Assembly (NCBI GenBank): GCA_030532465.1
Contig: JAUNLC010000006.1
Location: 1-60,777 of the forward strand
Direction: 5' to 3'
Length of the DNA: 60,777 bases
Source: Campylobacter sp.
Lineage (GTDB): Bacteria > Campylobacterota > Campylobacteria > Campylobacterales > Campylobacteraceae
The position numbers and the translations under genes were made by a program. A model generated the notes under the pieces. That model was given only the letters and a program-made list of their open reading frames with translations, had not been told where the DNA came from and ran no database searches. This document shows, one piece after another, positions 9,912 to 20,285 of the stretch (within the stretch, counting starts at the first letter, position 1; every line of letters starts with the position of its first letter).

Positions 9912-12106
9912 AAGTTAATAATCAAATTGAAATTTACGATATAAACAAGGTTGCAAAACAAGCAAGCGGGGCGGTGCTGTTAAGAGTTAAAAACACGGTA
10001 GTTTTAGCAACCGTGGCAAGAGAGGATACTCAGGTGAGCGAGGATTTTTTACCTCTTACCGTGCAGTATATCGAAAAAACCTATGCCGCGGGGAAAATTC
10101 CCGGAGGATACGTTAAGAGAGAGACGAAACCGGGGGATTTTGAGACCCTGACGGCTCGCATTATAGATCGCTCTTTGCGCCCGCTGTTTCCAAAAGGTTA
10201 TGCCTATCCTACGCAAATCGTAGTTATGGTGTTATCTGCCGATCCTGAAGTTGATTTGCAAGTGGTATCTTTAAATGCCGCTTCGGTTGCGCTTTATCTA
10301 AGCGATATACCGGTAAATTCTCCTGTTTGTGGCGTAAGAGTGGGCTATATAGATGATAAATTTGTGATAAATCCAAGCAATAGCGAGCTTAAAACCAGTG
10401 CGCTTGATCTTTATGTAGCGGGCGTTAAAGACGAGCTTTTGATGATCGAGATGAGAAGCATCGCGCAAGATAAGAGCGAGATAATACCCATGATGAGTGT
10501 CGAGCCGATGCTTGATCCAAGCATAAACGACGGCATCATCTCTCAGCAGGACATGAACGAATTTAGCGAGGATATGATAGTAGATGCGATCGCAGAAGCG
10601 GCTAAAGCGATACTTAGAGCCTCAAATGCTTACGAAGAGGCTTTTGAAGCGCATAAAAAAGCAGATGCCGTGCTTGAGCTTAAACCCGAGATAGAAAACG
10701 AGAGCATAGCCGTATATCTTGATGAATTTTATAAAGAAGAGGTTAAATTTGCTATCAATCAGATGGCAAAGAGTGAGCGCGCAAGCGAGCTAGGCAAGAT
10801 AGCTAAGCAAATTTTAGCCGACGAAGTCGCGCAAAAAGAGGGCTGGGAAGAAGAGACCATAATGAACGTTCTTGGCAAATACAAGAAAAAGATCGTTAGA
10901 GAGCAGATCATAAACCAAGGGCTTAGAGCTGACGGAAGAGGGCTTAAGGATGTGCGGGCTATATCGATTGAGACGAATATCCTGCCAAACGCACACGGCT
11001 CTTGCCTCTTTACTCGCGGTCAGACCCAAGCTTTGGTAGTGGCGACCCTTGGAACCGATAGCGACGCGCAAATGTATGATATGCTAACCGAAAAATCGGC
11101 AATCGTAGATAAGTTTATGTTTAACTACAACTTTCCGGGCTTTAGCGTAGGCGAGGCAAGTCCTATGAAGGCTCCCGGAAGACGCGAGTTGGGACATGGA
11201 AATTTGGCTAAACGAGCGCTTGCTCCAAGTATTGATATAAATTCGCCTTACACCATCCGCTTGGTTTCTGAAATTTTAGAGTCAAACGGCTCTAGCTCCA
11301 TGGCAAGCGTTTGCGGAGGCTCTTTGGCGCTTCGCGCCGCAGGTGTGGATACGGCTAAACTTGTTGCGGGCGTTGCGATGGGGCTTGTGTTTGAAGGTGA
11401 AAAACACGCGGTTTTAACAGATATCATGGGGCTTGAGGATCATGACGGCGATATGGACTTTAAGGTTGCTGGAAGTGTTGATGGAATAACGGCCCTTCAG
11501 ATGGATATAAAGCTTGGAGGCATAAGCCTTGAGGTTTTAAAAGAGGCTCTTTATCAGGCGCGCGAAGGAAGGCTGCATATCTTAAATTTGATGCAAAAGG
11601 CAAACGAGGAAATTTTAGTAAATGAAGAGATCTTGCCTAAACTTGAACTTTTTAGCGTTGATCCGGGCAAGATTGTAGATATCATAGGACAAGCGGGCAA
11701 AACTATAAAAGAGATAATAGAAAAATTTGAAGTTTCTATCGACCTTGACAGAGAAAAAGGTGAGGTTAAGATAGCCGGAGCTCAAAAGACAAAAGTTGAT
11801 GCGGCAAAAGACTATATCATCCAAATAGTTTCAAAAGATAACTCAAAAGGCGGCTTTGGCGGCAAGAGAAGAGAGGGTAGAGATAGAGATAAAGAGAGAG
11901 TAAAACCTACCTTTAACATAGGAGATGAGTTTGACGGAGAGGTTAAAAAAGTAGTAGAATTTGGCGCATTTATAGGTCTTAAAGGCGGCGTTGACGGACT
12001 TCTTCATATATCTAAAATTTCAACTCCCCTTAAAGAGGGCGATAGGGTTAAGGTTAAGGTTAGCGAGCAAAAAGGGAATAAAATTTCTCTTGTTTTAGCG
12101 GAGTAA
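9896..12106 (+). CDS. pnp: polyribonucleotide nucleotidyltransferase
   Basis: Two RNase PH domains ([33 protein letters not shown]), KH and S1 domains. Confidence 0.98.
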   Translation: MQYSIEVNNQIEIYDINKVAKQASGAVLLRVKNTVVLATVAREDTQVSEDFLPLTVQYIEKTYAAGKIPGGYVKRETKPGDFETLTARIIDRSLRPLFPKGYAYPTQIVVMVLSADPEVDLQVVSLNAASVALYLSDIPVNSPVCGVRVGYIDDKFVINPSNSELKTSALDLYVAGVKDELLMIEMRSIAQDKSEIIPMMSVEPMLDPSINDGIISQQDMNEFSEDMIVDAIAEAAKAILRASNAYEEAFEAHKKADAVLELKPEIENESIAVYLDEFYKEEVKFAINQMAKSERASELGKIAKQILADEVAQKEGWEEETIMNVLGKYKKKIVREQIINQGLRADGRGLKDVRAISIETNILPNAHGSCLFTRGQTQALVVATLGTDSDAQMYDMLTEKSAIVDKFMFNYNFPGFSVGEASPMKAPGRRELGHGNLAKRALAPSIDINSPYTIRLVSEILESNGSSSMASVCGGSLALRAAGVDTAKLVAGVAMGLVFEGEKHAVLTDIMGLEDHDGDMDFKVAGSVDGITALQMDIKLGGISLEVLKEALYQAREGRLHILNLMQKANEEILVNEEILPKLELFSVDPGKIVDIIGQAGKTIKEIIEKFEVSIDLDREKGEVKIAGAQKTKVDAAKDYIIQIVSKDNSKGGFGGKRREGRDRDKERVKPTFNIGDEFDGEVKKVVEFGAFIGLKGGVDGLLHISKISTPLKEGDRVKVKVSEQKGNKISLVLAE

Positions 12107-12124
12107 TTTAAAAAGGAGGATTGT

Positions 12125-12973
12125 ATGCAGTATAAGAAGTTGCTTTTTCCCATAGGCGCGGGAGATGATGTAAAAGAGCGAATATACGGGGCTTTGCTTA
12201 TAGCTAAACATTTTGATACCCATATTGAAATTTTAGCAAGCCAGCTTGATCCAAGCGTAGTTTATAATATGAAAATGACTCTTAGGGGAGGCGTTTTATA
12301 TGAGCAGTTTTTAAAGGCCGCTAAGGCCGAGCTTGGAGTAGAGCATGAGCAAAACGAAGGCGTTTTTAAGAAAGTTTGCGCCGAATTGGGGGTTGAGATC
12401 AGCGATACTCCGACAGGCAAAGCAAGTGCGAAATTTGTTACAAAAAGCGGCAAAAGAAGCGTAGTGGTAGAGCAAGAGTCGAAATTTTGCGATATGGTTA
12501 TAGCCGCCGCTCCGCTTGACGGCAGAGTTACCGGAACGTTTGAGGCCGCAGTGTTAAAAAGCGGAAAGACAGCTATAGCCATACCAAGAAAGCTTACTAA
12601 ATTTAGCACCGATAATATCCTTGTAAGCTGGAACGGCTCTACTCAAAACTCACGCGCTCTTTCAAGTTCGATAGATCTTCTTAAAAAGGCGAAAAAGGTC
12701 CATTGTATAACTTGCAAAGCTCATGCAGACGAGGCTGCCGAAGAGAATTTAAGAAAGCTTGAAGAGTATCTTAAGATACACGATATAAAAGCTACTTATG
12801 AAGTTGTTAGCACCACTTCAGTTCCGGGAGAGGCTCTTTTAAAATCCGCAAAAGACGGAAAATTTGATCTTATCGTTGCGGGCAGATACGGCGAAAACGG
12901 TTTTAGAGAAATTTTTCTTGGAGGAACGACCAGATATTTTCTTAAACATACTACGGTTCCGGTATTTATGTAA
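12125..12973 (+). CDS. universal stress protein (tandem Usp domains)
   Basis: ILVSWNGS...DLIVAGRYG...FLGGTTRYFLKHTTVPVFM. Confidence 0.9.
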   Translation: MQYKKLLFPIGAGDDVKERIYGALLIAKHFDTHIEILASQLDPSVVYNMKMTLRGGVLYEQFLKAAKAELGVEHEQNEGVFKKVCAELGVEISDTPTGKASAKFVTKSGKRSVVVEQESKFCDMVIAAAPLDGRVTGTFEAAVLKSGKTAIAIPRKLTKFSTDNILVSWNGSTQNSRALSSSIDLLKKAKKVHCITCKAHADEAAEENLRKLEEYLKIHDIKATYEVVSTTSVPGEALLKSAKDGKFDLIVAGRYGENGFREIFLGGTTRYFLKHTTVPVFM

Positions 12974-12977
12974 GAGT

Positions 12978-13001
12978 GATATGGGAGTTAGCTCCCATAT
13001 C
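12978..13001. terminator. hairpin between convergent usp and sorB
   Basis: Perfect 10-bp stem gatatgggag-ttag-ctcccatatc. Confidence 0.75.
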
Positions 13002-13002
13002 G

Positions 13003-13335
13003 TTAATTGCTCTTTAGAGGAGCTTTTAGAGGAATCCTCTTCCTTGTTTTATAATCATTCGGATAGTTTTTCGCCAGATATGTAAGGATGATATTTTCGC
13101 TCTCTTTGTCAAATTCCCACAAGCCTTGAGTGTTTTGCATCCATCTTATCAGATCAAGCCAAGTTTGCCTATCTCCTTTTTGATTTATCACTAAGGTTAA
13201 ACTGTGGCAAGCCATGCAGTTGCCTGCCACCAGCTCCCATCCCGTATCTATCTTAAGTCCCGTATCAGGGTCTATCTTAGCCTCGCTTGCAAAGGCGAAA
13301 GTAAGTCCAAGCAGTAATATCGCTATCTTTTTCAT
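13003..13335 (-). CDS. sorB: monoheme cytochrome c, partner of sulfite dehydrogenase (SorB/SorU-like)
   Basis: Sec signal MKKIAILLLGLTFAFA, heme motif CMACH, IRWMQNTQGLW; directly downstream of sorA. Confidence 0.85.
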   Translation of the reverse strand: MKKIAILLLGLTFAFASEAKIDPDTGLKIDTGWELVAGNCMACHSLTLVINQKGDRQTWLDLIRWMQNTQGLWEFDKESENIILTYLAKNYPNDYKTRKRIPLKAPLKSN

Positions 13336-13339
13336 AGCC

Positions 13340-14656
13340 TTACCCCACATATACTGCCACTCTATGACAACTGTTGTTTAGATACCCTTTTGGATTCCAA
13401 GCGGGTAGAACCATAGGCTGTTTTTTGCCGTTAGTATCGGTTGCTCTAGCCCATACTTCGTAATATCCCTTGTCCGGAAATTTAACCGACGCCTTCCAAG
13501 ATTGCCATGCTAGGCGATTTACAGGCTTGCTTACCGTAGCCTTTTGCCATGTTTCGCCAAAATCTATGCTTACTTCCATCTCTTTAACCTCAAGCTCTCC
13601 CGCCCAAGCCTTTCCTCGCACTTCAAGCGTATCGCCGAGATTAAATTTGGAATTTGTAACAGGATGAGATATTACGGACTTTACAGGCATTGATTCTATA
13701 ATTTTCATCTTCGTATCCTTGCTAACTTTTGCTCCCGGAGCAACCGGTTGGGCGGGAATTTTATACGAATCAGACATCTTTGGGCCGTCATGAACTATAT
13801 TTCTAACCGATAGTTTCGTAAGCCATTTACCGCAAACAGAGCCTGGAAAACCTCCTGCGACCAGCCTTAAAGGATATCCGTTTATATAAGGTATATCCAC
13901 GCCTTCGTAAGCCCATGCTATAAGAGTCTCTTCTTGAAGCGCTTTTTTGATAGGAATTCCGCGACTAATAGGCTTCTTGCTCGCATCACCGTCAAGCGGG
14001 ATATCGATACCTTCATATCCTACATAAACGGCGTCATCTTTAATGCCGCAGCTTTGTAAAACATCTTTTAATCTAACTCCCGTCCATCTTCCGCAAGCTA
14101 CGGCGCCTACGCCCCACTGAGTTCCGCTTGTTGCCGGTATTACCTCGCCTCTGCCGTTTCCGCCGCACTCAACCGTAAGAGCATATGTATGATGTTTAAA
14201 TTTCTTCTTTAGATCTTCGATACTAAAAGTAGTAGGATTTAGACAGCTCTCGCCGTCTATAACCAGTTTCCAATTTTTTGCGTCAAGATCTTTTAAATCA
14301 GGCATCAAGCCGTTATTTCTAACAAAAAAGTGCTCCGGTTTTACGAAATCGCTATCAAAAAATTGAGGCGGTGTTTCTGCCGTTATAGGCTTGTCGTTAT
14401 GATAAACCAACCCGTTTTTGCCCTCAATCTTAAAATTTTCATCCACTGCCGCAAGTGCCGCAGGAATAAGTCCGCTTGGATAATTGCTAGCAAAAGGTAC
14501 ATTTGCGCCTACTATAGCGGCAAATGCCAGAAGCGAACTCTTCTTTAAAAACCCTCTTCTGCTCTCATCGGTCGTTCTTCCCAATATGTCAAGATCGGCT
14601 TTTAGCGGATCTTGTTTGTATGCCTCAAAGAAACCTAACTCTTTTTTGCCTTTCAT
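13340..14656 (-). CDS. sorA: periplasmic sulfite:cytochrome c oxidoreductase, molybdenum subunit (sulfite oxidase family)
   Basis: Tat motif SRRGFLK, FFVRNNG, ECGGNGR (Mo-ligand Cys), GYPLRLV, WARATD, WNPKGY. Confidence 0.9.
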   Translation of the reverse strand: MKGKKELGFFEAYKQDPLKADLDILGRTTDESRRGFLKKSSLLAFAAIVGANVPFASNYPSGLIPAALAAVDENFKIEGKNGLVYHNDKPITAETPPQFFDSDFVKPEHFFVRNNGLMPDLKDLDAKNWKLVIDGESCLNPTTFSIEDLKKKFKHHTYALTVECGGNGRGEVIPATSGTQWGVGAVACGRWTGVRLKDVLQSCGIKDDAVYVGYEGIDIPLDGDASKKPISRGIPIKKALQEETLIAWAYEGVDIPYINGYPLRLVAGGFPGSVCGKWLTKLSVRNIVHDGPKMSDSYKIPAQPVAPGAKVSKDTKMKIIESMPVKSVISHPVTNSKFNLGDTLEVRGKAWAGELEVKEMEVSIDFGETWQKATVSKPVNRLAWQSWKASVKFPDKGYYEVWARATDTNGKKQPMVLPAWNPKGYLNNSCHRVAVYVG

Positions 14657-14931
14657 CTCGTCTCCTTGTTTTGATGTTTGGTTGCGAGAATTTTAAGGCA
14701 ATAATATTTTAGAAACAATATAAAAAACAATTAATATTTAATTATTAAGCAATTTTATTACTTAAATAATACTTTTATCATTAAATAAAATATTATATAT
14801 TTTTGATAGAGGTTGTTGTGATTTATAAAAATAGAGTATTTTAGGGATAAAACTCTATATAGTTAAATAAATTTGAAAATCTAAATTTATAGCAAAATAA
14901 AACTATATAGATTTTAAGGTTTGAAATTTGA

Positions 14932-15016
14932 TGGTGCGATCAGCGAGATTTGAACTCGCACACCTAACGGCACTACCCCCTCAAGATAGCGTGTCTACCA
15001 ATTCCACCATGATCGC
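14932..15016 (-). tRNA. tRNA-Leu(GAG)
   Basis: Reverse complement GCGATCATGGTGGAATTGGTAGACACGCTATCTT-GAG-GGGGTAG...GTTCAAATC...GATCGCACCA; long variable arm. Confidence 0.96.
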
Positions 15017-15038
15017 AACAGAAGTAAGATTAAAAGGA

Positions 15039-15060
15039 TTCAGCCCGAAGGTGGGCTGAA
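15039..15060 (-). terminator. hairpin after atpE (terminator or processing site before tRNA-Leu)
   Basis: ttcagccc-gaaggt-gggctgaa. Confidence 0.6.
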
Positions 15061-15063
15061 ATA

Positions 15064-15363
15064 TTAAAACATTGGATTTGCGTAAAGAATGATAAGTGTA
15101 ACAACGAGTGCGTAGATAACTTGCGCTTCGATCATCGCTAGAGCGATAAACATCGTTGTCATAAGTTTGCTACCGACACCCGGATTTCTAGCTGTTCCCG
15201 AGATTGTAGCAGAAGCCGTGCTTCCCATACCGATAGCTCCACCAAGAGCCGCAAGACCCAGACCAAGAGCCGCTGCAAGAACAGAGTATGATTTTAGCAT
15301 TTCGCCGTCACCTGCAAATGCAAATGAAGCAAGTGCAGCCATAAGAAAAAGAATCTTTTTCAT
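15064..15363 (-). CDS. atpE: F0F1 ATP synthase subunit c, with the N-terminal extension typical of Campylobacterota
   Basis: Gly/Ala-rich helix, ARNP loop, MIEAQVIY with the proton-binding Glu; solitary location as in Campylobacter. Confidence 0.96.
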   Translation of the reverse strand: MKKILFLMAALASFAFAGDGEMLKSYSVLAAALGLGLAALGGAIGMGSTASATISGTARNPGVGSKLMTTMFIALAMIEAQVIYALVVTLIILYANPMF

Positions 15364-15661
15364 GAAATTTCCTTTGATGAATTTAAGCCATTTCGGATCA
15401 GACCCCTACTTTGAAACTTTGTGGCGCATTTTATATAAAATTTGCTTTGATTTACTTAAATTTTGAAAAATTTTTTCTTGATTTAAAATATTTAGCGATA
15501 TTGCAAAGCTGCTACGAATTTACAAAATATTTTTAAATTGTTTCGATTTTCTACTTTTCTATCACTAAGCTTAGTTAAATATTTTTAAGCTTAGAAATTT
15601 AAAAGCTTTTTTATGCTAAGTTGAAGTTTTTTAAATATTTCAACAAATTTAAGGTTGCTTA

Positions 15662-16996
15662 GTGCAAGATAAGTTCTCAAGAATCGGCTTTATTTTAGCT
15701 GTTGCAGGAAGTGCGGTAGGTCTTGGAAATGCTTGGAAATTTCCATATTTGGTTGGACAAAACGGCGGTTCGGCCTTTGTTCTTTTATATCTATTTTTAA
15801 CTTTTTTTATAGGACTTACGGTCTTTTTTGGAGAGGTTTCCATAGGAAAACTGTCCGAATCAGATCCAGTAAATGCCTTTAAAAAGCTTGCTCCTACCGG
15901 TAAAAACGGCTGGAAATTCGCGGGCTTTACCATGCTTGGAGCTATCATTTTGGTATCTTTTTATACTATAGTTATAGGCTGGATATTTAAATACGCATTC
16001 ATGGTTTTAACCCATTTGCCCGCAGATATAGAGAGTTCGGCAGCTACATTCGGAAATTTTGTATCAAAAGACGCTTCATCTCAAATTTTATACTTTACCA
16101 TAACCAATATTATATGTTTTTATATTGTTTCAAAAGGTATCAAAAGCGGTATAGAGCGTGTAAATGTGTGGCTTATGCCGTCTTTGTTGGTTCTCGTAAT
16201 AGCCATGCTTGCATATTCGGTGACTATGGACGGATTTGCCGAGTCGGTTAAATTTTTACTTGTGCCCGATTTTACTAAAATAACTTTTGATAGCGTTCTT
16301 ACCGCGCTTGGGCTTGCATTTTTTACACTTTCGCTCGGCGTAGGCGTCATCATAGTATATTCTGCAAATTTGCCAAACAACACAAATTTGGTAAGCTCGT
16401 CCATCATCATCGTTGTAATTAACGTTATAATGGGAATTTTACTAGGTCTTGTCATATTTACCTTTGTTTTTGAATTTAATGCAGAGCCAAGCCAAGGCGT
16501 GGGACTTGTCTTTATCTCGCTTCCTACGCTATTTTCTAAGCTTGGAACATTCGGACACATCTTTGCATTCGCTCTTTTTACCGCTTTGATTTTTGCCGGT
16601 ATTACCTCGGCGATATCGATGCTTGAGCCGTTTACATACTATCTAATAAAAGAATTTGGCTTTACTCGCAAAAAAGCTCTTGTAAGCATAGCCGTCTTTG
16701 TATATATTACGGGAATTTTGTGCATATTTTCAAACATTGAAGGCGTTAAGGAAAATTTAGTATTTTTCGGAAAGAGCCTGTTTGATTGCCTTGACTACTT
16801 GGTTTCAAATATCATTATGCCTATTGGCGGAATTACCGTTTCGATTTTTGTCGGCTTTATCGTCAAAAAAGAGGCTTTGCATGAGCTTTTTGGTCCTTAT
16901 ATGAGCGGCGTTATGTTTAATATTTGGTATTTTATGATTAGATATGTGGCTCCCCTAGCGATAATCGTCATATCCGTAAACGCCATTTTGAGCTAG
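15662..16996 (+). CDS. sodium-dependent transporter, NSS/SNF family (copy 1)
   Basis: GSAVGLGNAWKFPY, NGGSAF, AFFTLSLG, GLVFISLP. Confidence 0.93.
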   Translation: MQDKFSRIGFILAVAGSAVGLGNAWKFPYLVGQNGGSAFVLLYLFLTFFIGLTVFFGEVSIGKLSESDPVNAFKKLAPTGKNGWKFAGFTMLGAIILVSFYTIVIGWIFKYAFMVLTHLPADIESSAATFGNFVSKDASSQILYFTITNIICFYIVSKGIKSGIERVNVWLMPSLLVLVIAMLAYSVTMDGFAESVKFLLVPDFTKITFDSVLTALGLAFFTLSLGVGVIIVYSANLPNNTNLVSSSIIIVVINVIMGILLGLVIFTFVFEFNAEPSQGVGLVFISLPTLFSKLGTFGHIFAFALFTALIFAGITSAISMLEPFTYYLIKEFGFTRKKALVSIAVFVYITGILCIFSNIEGVKENLVFFGKSLFDCLDYLVSNIIMPIGGITVSIFVGFIVKKEALHELFGPYMSGVMFNIWYFMIRYVAPLAIIVISVNAILS

Positions 16997-16999
16997 CTT

Positions 17000-18340
17000 A
17001 TGTCGGCCGATAAATTTTCTAAAATAGGCTTCATACTCTCCATCGTGGGAGCTGCTATAGGACTTGGAAACGCTTGGAAATTTCCTTATATGGTTGGCGC
17101 AAACGGCGGTTCGGCCTTTGTGCTTTTATATCTTGTGTTTGCAGTGATTGTTGGACTTAGTATATTTTTTGCCGAGATGGCTATGGGTAAAATTTCAAAT
17201 GCAGATCCGGTAAACGCGTTTAGGACACTAGCTCCTAGAAACTCTAAATTATGGGGATTTGCGGGCATAATGATGCTTACGGGTATCTTTGTAGCCTCGT
17301 TTTATACCCTTATAATAGGATGGGTTATAAAGTATGCGATATTTTCTTTGGGCGAGCTTCCTTTTAGTATAAGCCAGTCCGGCGAGAGATTTAATAAATT
17401 TATCTCAACCGATATCTTGGGTCAGGTTCTTTACTTTTCAATCGCCTTTTTTGCTTACTTTTTTATACTTTCAAAAGGAGTTAAAAAGGGAATTGAACGC
17501 ATAAATTTATGGCTTTTGCCGATATTTTCTCTGCTTCTTGTGGCGATGTTGGTTTATTCTATGCAGATGAGCGGATTTAGCGAGGCGTTTAAATTTTTGC
17601 TTGTATTTGATCTTTCAAAGCTAACGGGCGAGGCGGTATTTATGGCGCTTGGACTAGCATTTTTTACTATGTGTATAGGTATCGGAGCCATTATTACATA
17701 CTCAAGCAGTCTTGATAATAGAACGAATTTATTTACCTCTTCGCTATATGTGGTCATCTTAAATATCGTATTTAGCATAGTTATCGGGCTTATCGTATTT
17801 ACTTTTGTGTTTGAGTTTAACGAGCAGCCAAGCCAAGGCGTAGGACTTGCTTTTATCTCGCTTCCTACACTTTTTGCCAAGCTTGGAGCTATGGGAAATT
17901 TGCTAAGCTTTGCGTTTTTTACCGCTCTTGTGTTTGCGGGATTAACTTCGGCTATCTCTATGGTAGAGCCGCTCATATTTCACATTACCAACGAATTTAA
18001 AATTTCTAGACTAAAAGCCATTTTCATAGTCGGCGTCTGCGTTTATGTTTTAGGAATTCTTTGCGCTCTTTCAAATACCGATCTTTTTAAAGAGAGTTTG
18101 ACTTTTTTCGGAAAAGGGTTTTTTGATATACTTGATTACGTTAGCTCAAACATAATGCTTCCGCTTGGAGGCATCGTTATAGCCGTTTTTGTGGGATTTT
18201 TTGTAAAAAAGCAGAGCCTAGAAGAGCTGTTTTTACCGTATATGGGTAAAACTATCTTTAAAATTTGGTACTTTCTCTTAAGATATGTGGCGCCTACTTG
18301 CGTTGTGCTGGTTATGATAAGGCAGATTGTGGGGCAATAA
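17000..18340 (+). CDS. sodium-dependent transporter, NSS/SNF family (copy 2)
   Basis: GAAIGLGNAWKFPY, NGGSAF, GLAFISLP; tandem paralog of the preceding gene. Confidence 0.93.
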   Translation: MSADKFSKIGFILSIVGAAIGLGNAWKFPYMVGANGGSAFVLLYLVFAVIVGLSIFFAEMAMGKISNADPVNAFRTLAPRNSKLWGFAGIMMLTGIFVASFYTLIIGWVIKYAIFSLGELPFSISQSGERFNKFISTDILGQVLYFSIAFFAYFFILSKGVKKGIERINLWLLPIFSLLLVAMLVYSMQMSGFSEAFKFLLVFDLSKLTGEAVFMALGLAFFTMCIGIGAIITYSSSLDNRTNLFTSSLYVVILNIVFSIVIGLIVFTFVFEFNEQPSQGVGLAFISLPTLFAKLGAMGNLLSFAFFTALVFAGLTSAISMVEPLIFHITNEFKISRLKAIFIVGVCVYVLGILCALSNTDLFKESLTFFGKGFFDILDYVSSNIMLPLGGIVIAVFVGFFVKKQSLEELFLPYMGKTIFKIWYFLLRYVAPTCVVLVMIRQIVGQ

Positions 18341-18868
18341 ATGGAGCAAAAATTAATAAAAATAGAGAAAATTTTTAATAAACTAGCAGATATCATAGGC
18401 TATATTTGCATGGTTATTATGTTTTTGATGATTTGCGATGTGTTTTTAAACGTTACCGCTAGATATTTTTTCAAATACGGAAATGTCGGTCTTCAAGAGC
18501 TTGAGTGGCACTTCTTTGGTATCATTATCATGCTTGGTATGAGCTATGCGCTTAAAGAGGACGCTCATGTCAGGGTCGATGTCTTTTATGACGGATTTAG
18601 CCTTAAAACAAAAGCTCTTATAAACATGCTTGGTGTGGTATTTTTCATCCTTCCTTTGGCTTTACTTGTGGCATGGCTTAGCTTTGATTATGTAGTTGAA
18701 GCTTACGAGTCAAACGAGGGTAGCGCAGATCCCGGCGGACTTCCTTATCGCTGGATCATTAAAGCTTTTATACCGTTTTCGTTTTATCTTTTGATATTTT
18801 TTAGCGTAGGTTACTTTATCAAATACCTAAATTTATATATAGCTTGCAAAAAAGGAGAGTGCAAATGA
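18341..18868 (+). CDS. TRAP transporter small permease (DctQ family)
   Basis: 4 TM helices, LQELEWH, HVRVDVFY, SADPGGLP. Confidence 0.9.
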   Translation: MEQKLIKIEKIFNKLADIIGYICMVIMFLMICDVFLNVTARYFFKYGNVGLQELEWHFFGIIIMLGMSYALKEDAHVRVDVFYDGFSLKTKALINMLGVVFFILPLALLVAWLSFDYVVEAYESNEGSADPGGLPYRWIIKAFIPFSFYLLIFFSVGYFIKYLNLYIACKKGECK

Positions 18869-20187
18869 CCGGCGTAGTTATGTTTTTAGCCGCTCTTTTT
18901 ATGCTGGCTATCGGCTTTTCGGTTGCGTTTACCTTTGGGGCTATTTCGGTTATTTTTGGGCTTATAGGCGCGATGGTTGAAAGCTTTGGGGATAAAGAGG
19001 GCTTTGCGGGCGGACTTGAAATTTTTAAAGAGATGTTTGCCTTTATGCCTTATAGAATTTACTCCATCATGGAAAATAAAATCCTCATCGCCGTGCCTCT
19101 TTTTGTCTTTATGGGTATAATTTTACAAAAGACCAAGCTTGCCGAGCGATTGCTTGAGAGTATGGCGTTTTTGTTTGGAGAAATTCGCGGCGGTGTGGCT
19201 ATCAGCACCGTCTTAGTCGGCGCGCTTCTTGCGGCTTCAACCGGAGTTGTCGGAGCAAGTGTCGTGGCTATGGGTGTTATGAGTCTTCCCGTTATGCTTA
19301 AATACCGCTACAACAAAGCTTTAGGATGTGGCACCATATGCGCTTCGGGCACGCTTGGACAGATCATTCCGCCTTCTATCGTGCTTATCATCTTAGGCGA
19401 CGTTTTTACCGTTCCTGTTGGAGATCTATTTCGTGAAGCAATAGTTCCGGGACTTGCTCTTGTGGGAGCTTATATCGCTTATATCTTGTTTGTGTCTTAT
19501 ATGAACAAAGATTACGCTCCGCCGGTGATTGATGAGAGCGGCATACCAAAAAGCAAGCAAATTTTTAACGCGATTAAGGCTATCTTGCCTCCTTTGGTTT
19601 TGGTATTGCTTGTGCTTGGCTCTATCTTTAACGGTATTGCGACACCGACTGAGAGCTCGGCGTTTGGCTGCGTTGGCGCGATCATACTTTCTATGTTCTA
19701 TAGAACCTTTTCACTTCAAACTTTAAAAGAAGCCCTTGAAGAAAGCGTTAAAACAACAGCCATAGTATTTACGATACTTATCGGAGCGACGGCATTTTCT
19801 ATGGTGTTTAGCTACACCGGAGGCGATGAGGTCGTAGAGGCCTTTATGTCAAATTTGCCCGGCGAAAAATGGGGCTTTATCATCCTTGCTATGCTTACGA
19901 TATTTGCGCTTGGGTTTTTTATAGATTTCGTTGAAATTTCTTATATAGTGCTGCCTATTTTGGTGCCTATAGCCGTAAATTTGGGTATAAATCCGCTATA
20001 TTTTGCGATAATTATCGCTATGAATTTACAAACTTCGTTTCTAACTCCACCGTTTGGGTTTAGCCTCTTTTATCTCAAAGGCGTTACACCGCCCGAAGTT
20101 AGCACGATGGATATATATAGAGGAGTTATCCCCTTTATCCTGCTTCAAATTTCCATACTTATAATTTTTACGATAATACTTCTTTAA
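18865..20187 (+). CDS. TRAP transporter large permease (DctM family)
   Basis: AVPLFVFMG, SGTLGQIIPPS, ATPTES, SFLTPPFG; ATG at 18865 in an ATGA overlap. Confidence 0.92.
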   Translation: MTGVVMFLAALFMLAIGFSVAFTFGAISVIFGLIGAMVESFGDKEGFAGGLEIFKEMFAFMPYRIYSIMENKILIAVPLFVFMGIILQKTKLAERLLESMAFLFGEIRGGVAISTVLVGALLAASTGVVGASVVAMGVMSLPVMLKYRYNKALGCGTICASGTLGQIIPPSIVLIILGDVFTVPVGDLFREAIVPGLALVGAYIAYILFVSYMNKDYAPPVIDESGIPKSKQIFNAIKAILPPLVLVLLVLGSIFNGIATPTESSAFGCVGAIILSMFYRTFSLQTLKEALEESVKTTAIVFTILIGATAFSMVFSYTGGDEVVEAFMSNLPGEKWGFIILAMLTIFALGFFIDFVEISYIVLPILVPIAVNLGINPLYFAIIIAMNLQTSFLTPPFGFSLFYLKGVTPPEVSTMDIYRGVIPFILLQISILIIFTIILL

Positions 20188-20192
20188 AAACC

Positions 20193-20216
20193 GCTCCTTG
20201 CAAATTTGCGAGGGGC
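20193..20216 (+). terminator. hairpin after dctM
   Basis: gctccttgcaaatttgcgaggggc, stem centred on AAATTT. Confidence 0.5.
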
Positions 20217-20285
20217 AATCAAATTTAAGAGTTAAACATTAACGTTTAAGCGTTATAATTTTCCAAAATTAAATAAGGAGAATTT

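Noticed and set aside
10460-10570. Insertion in PNPase ([20 protein letters not shown]...)
   Set aside because: Looks like the lineage-typical loop in Campylobacter PNPase; no mobile-element hallmarks
12974-14931. sorAB as a discrete genomic island with att sites
   Set aside because: No duplicate of the tRNA-Leu 3' end and no integrase found; kept only as a low-interest observation
15364-15433. Structured leader or riboswitch upstream of atpE
   Set aside because: Only a 4-bp pairing that partly precedes the likely TSS; no recognisable aptamer
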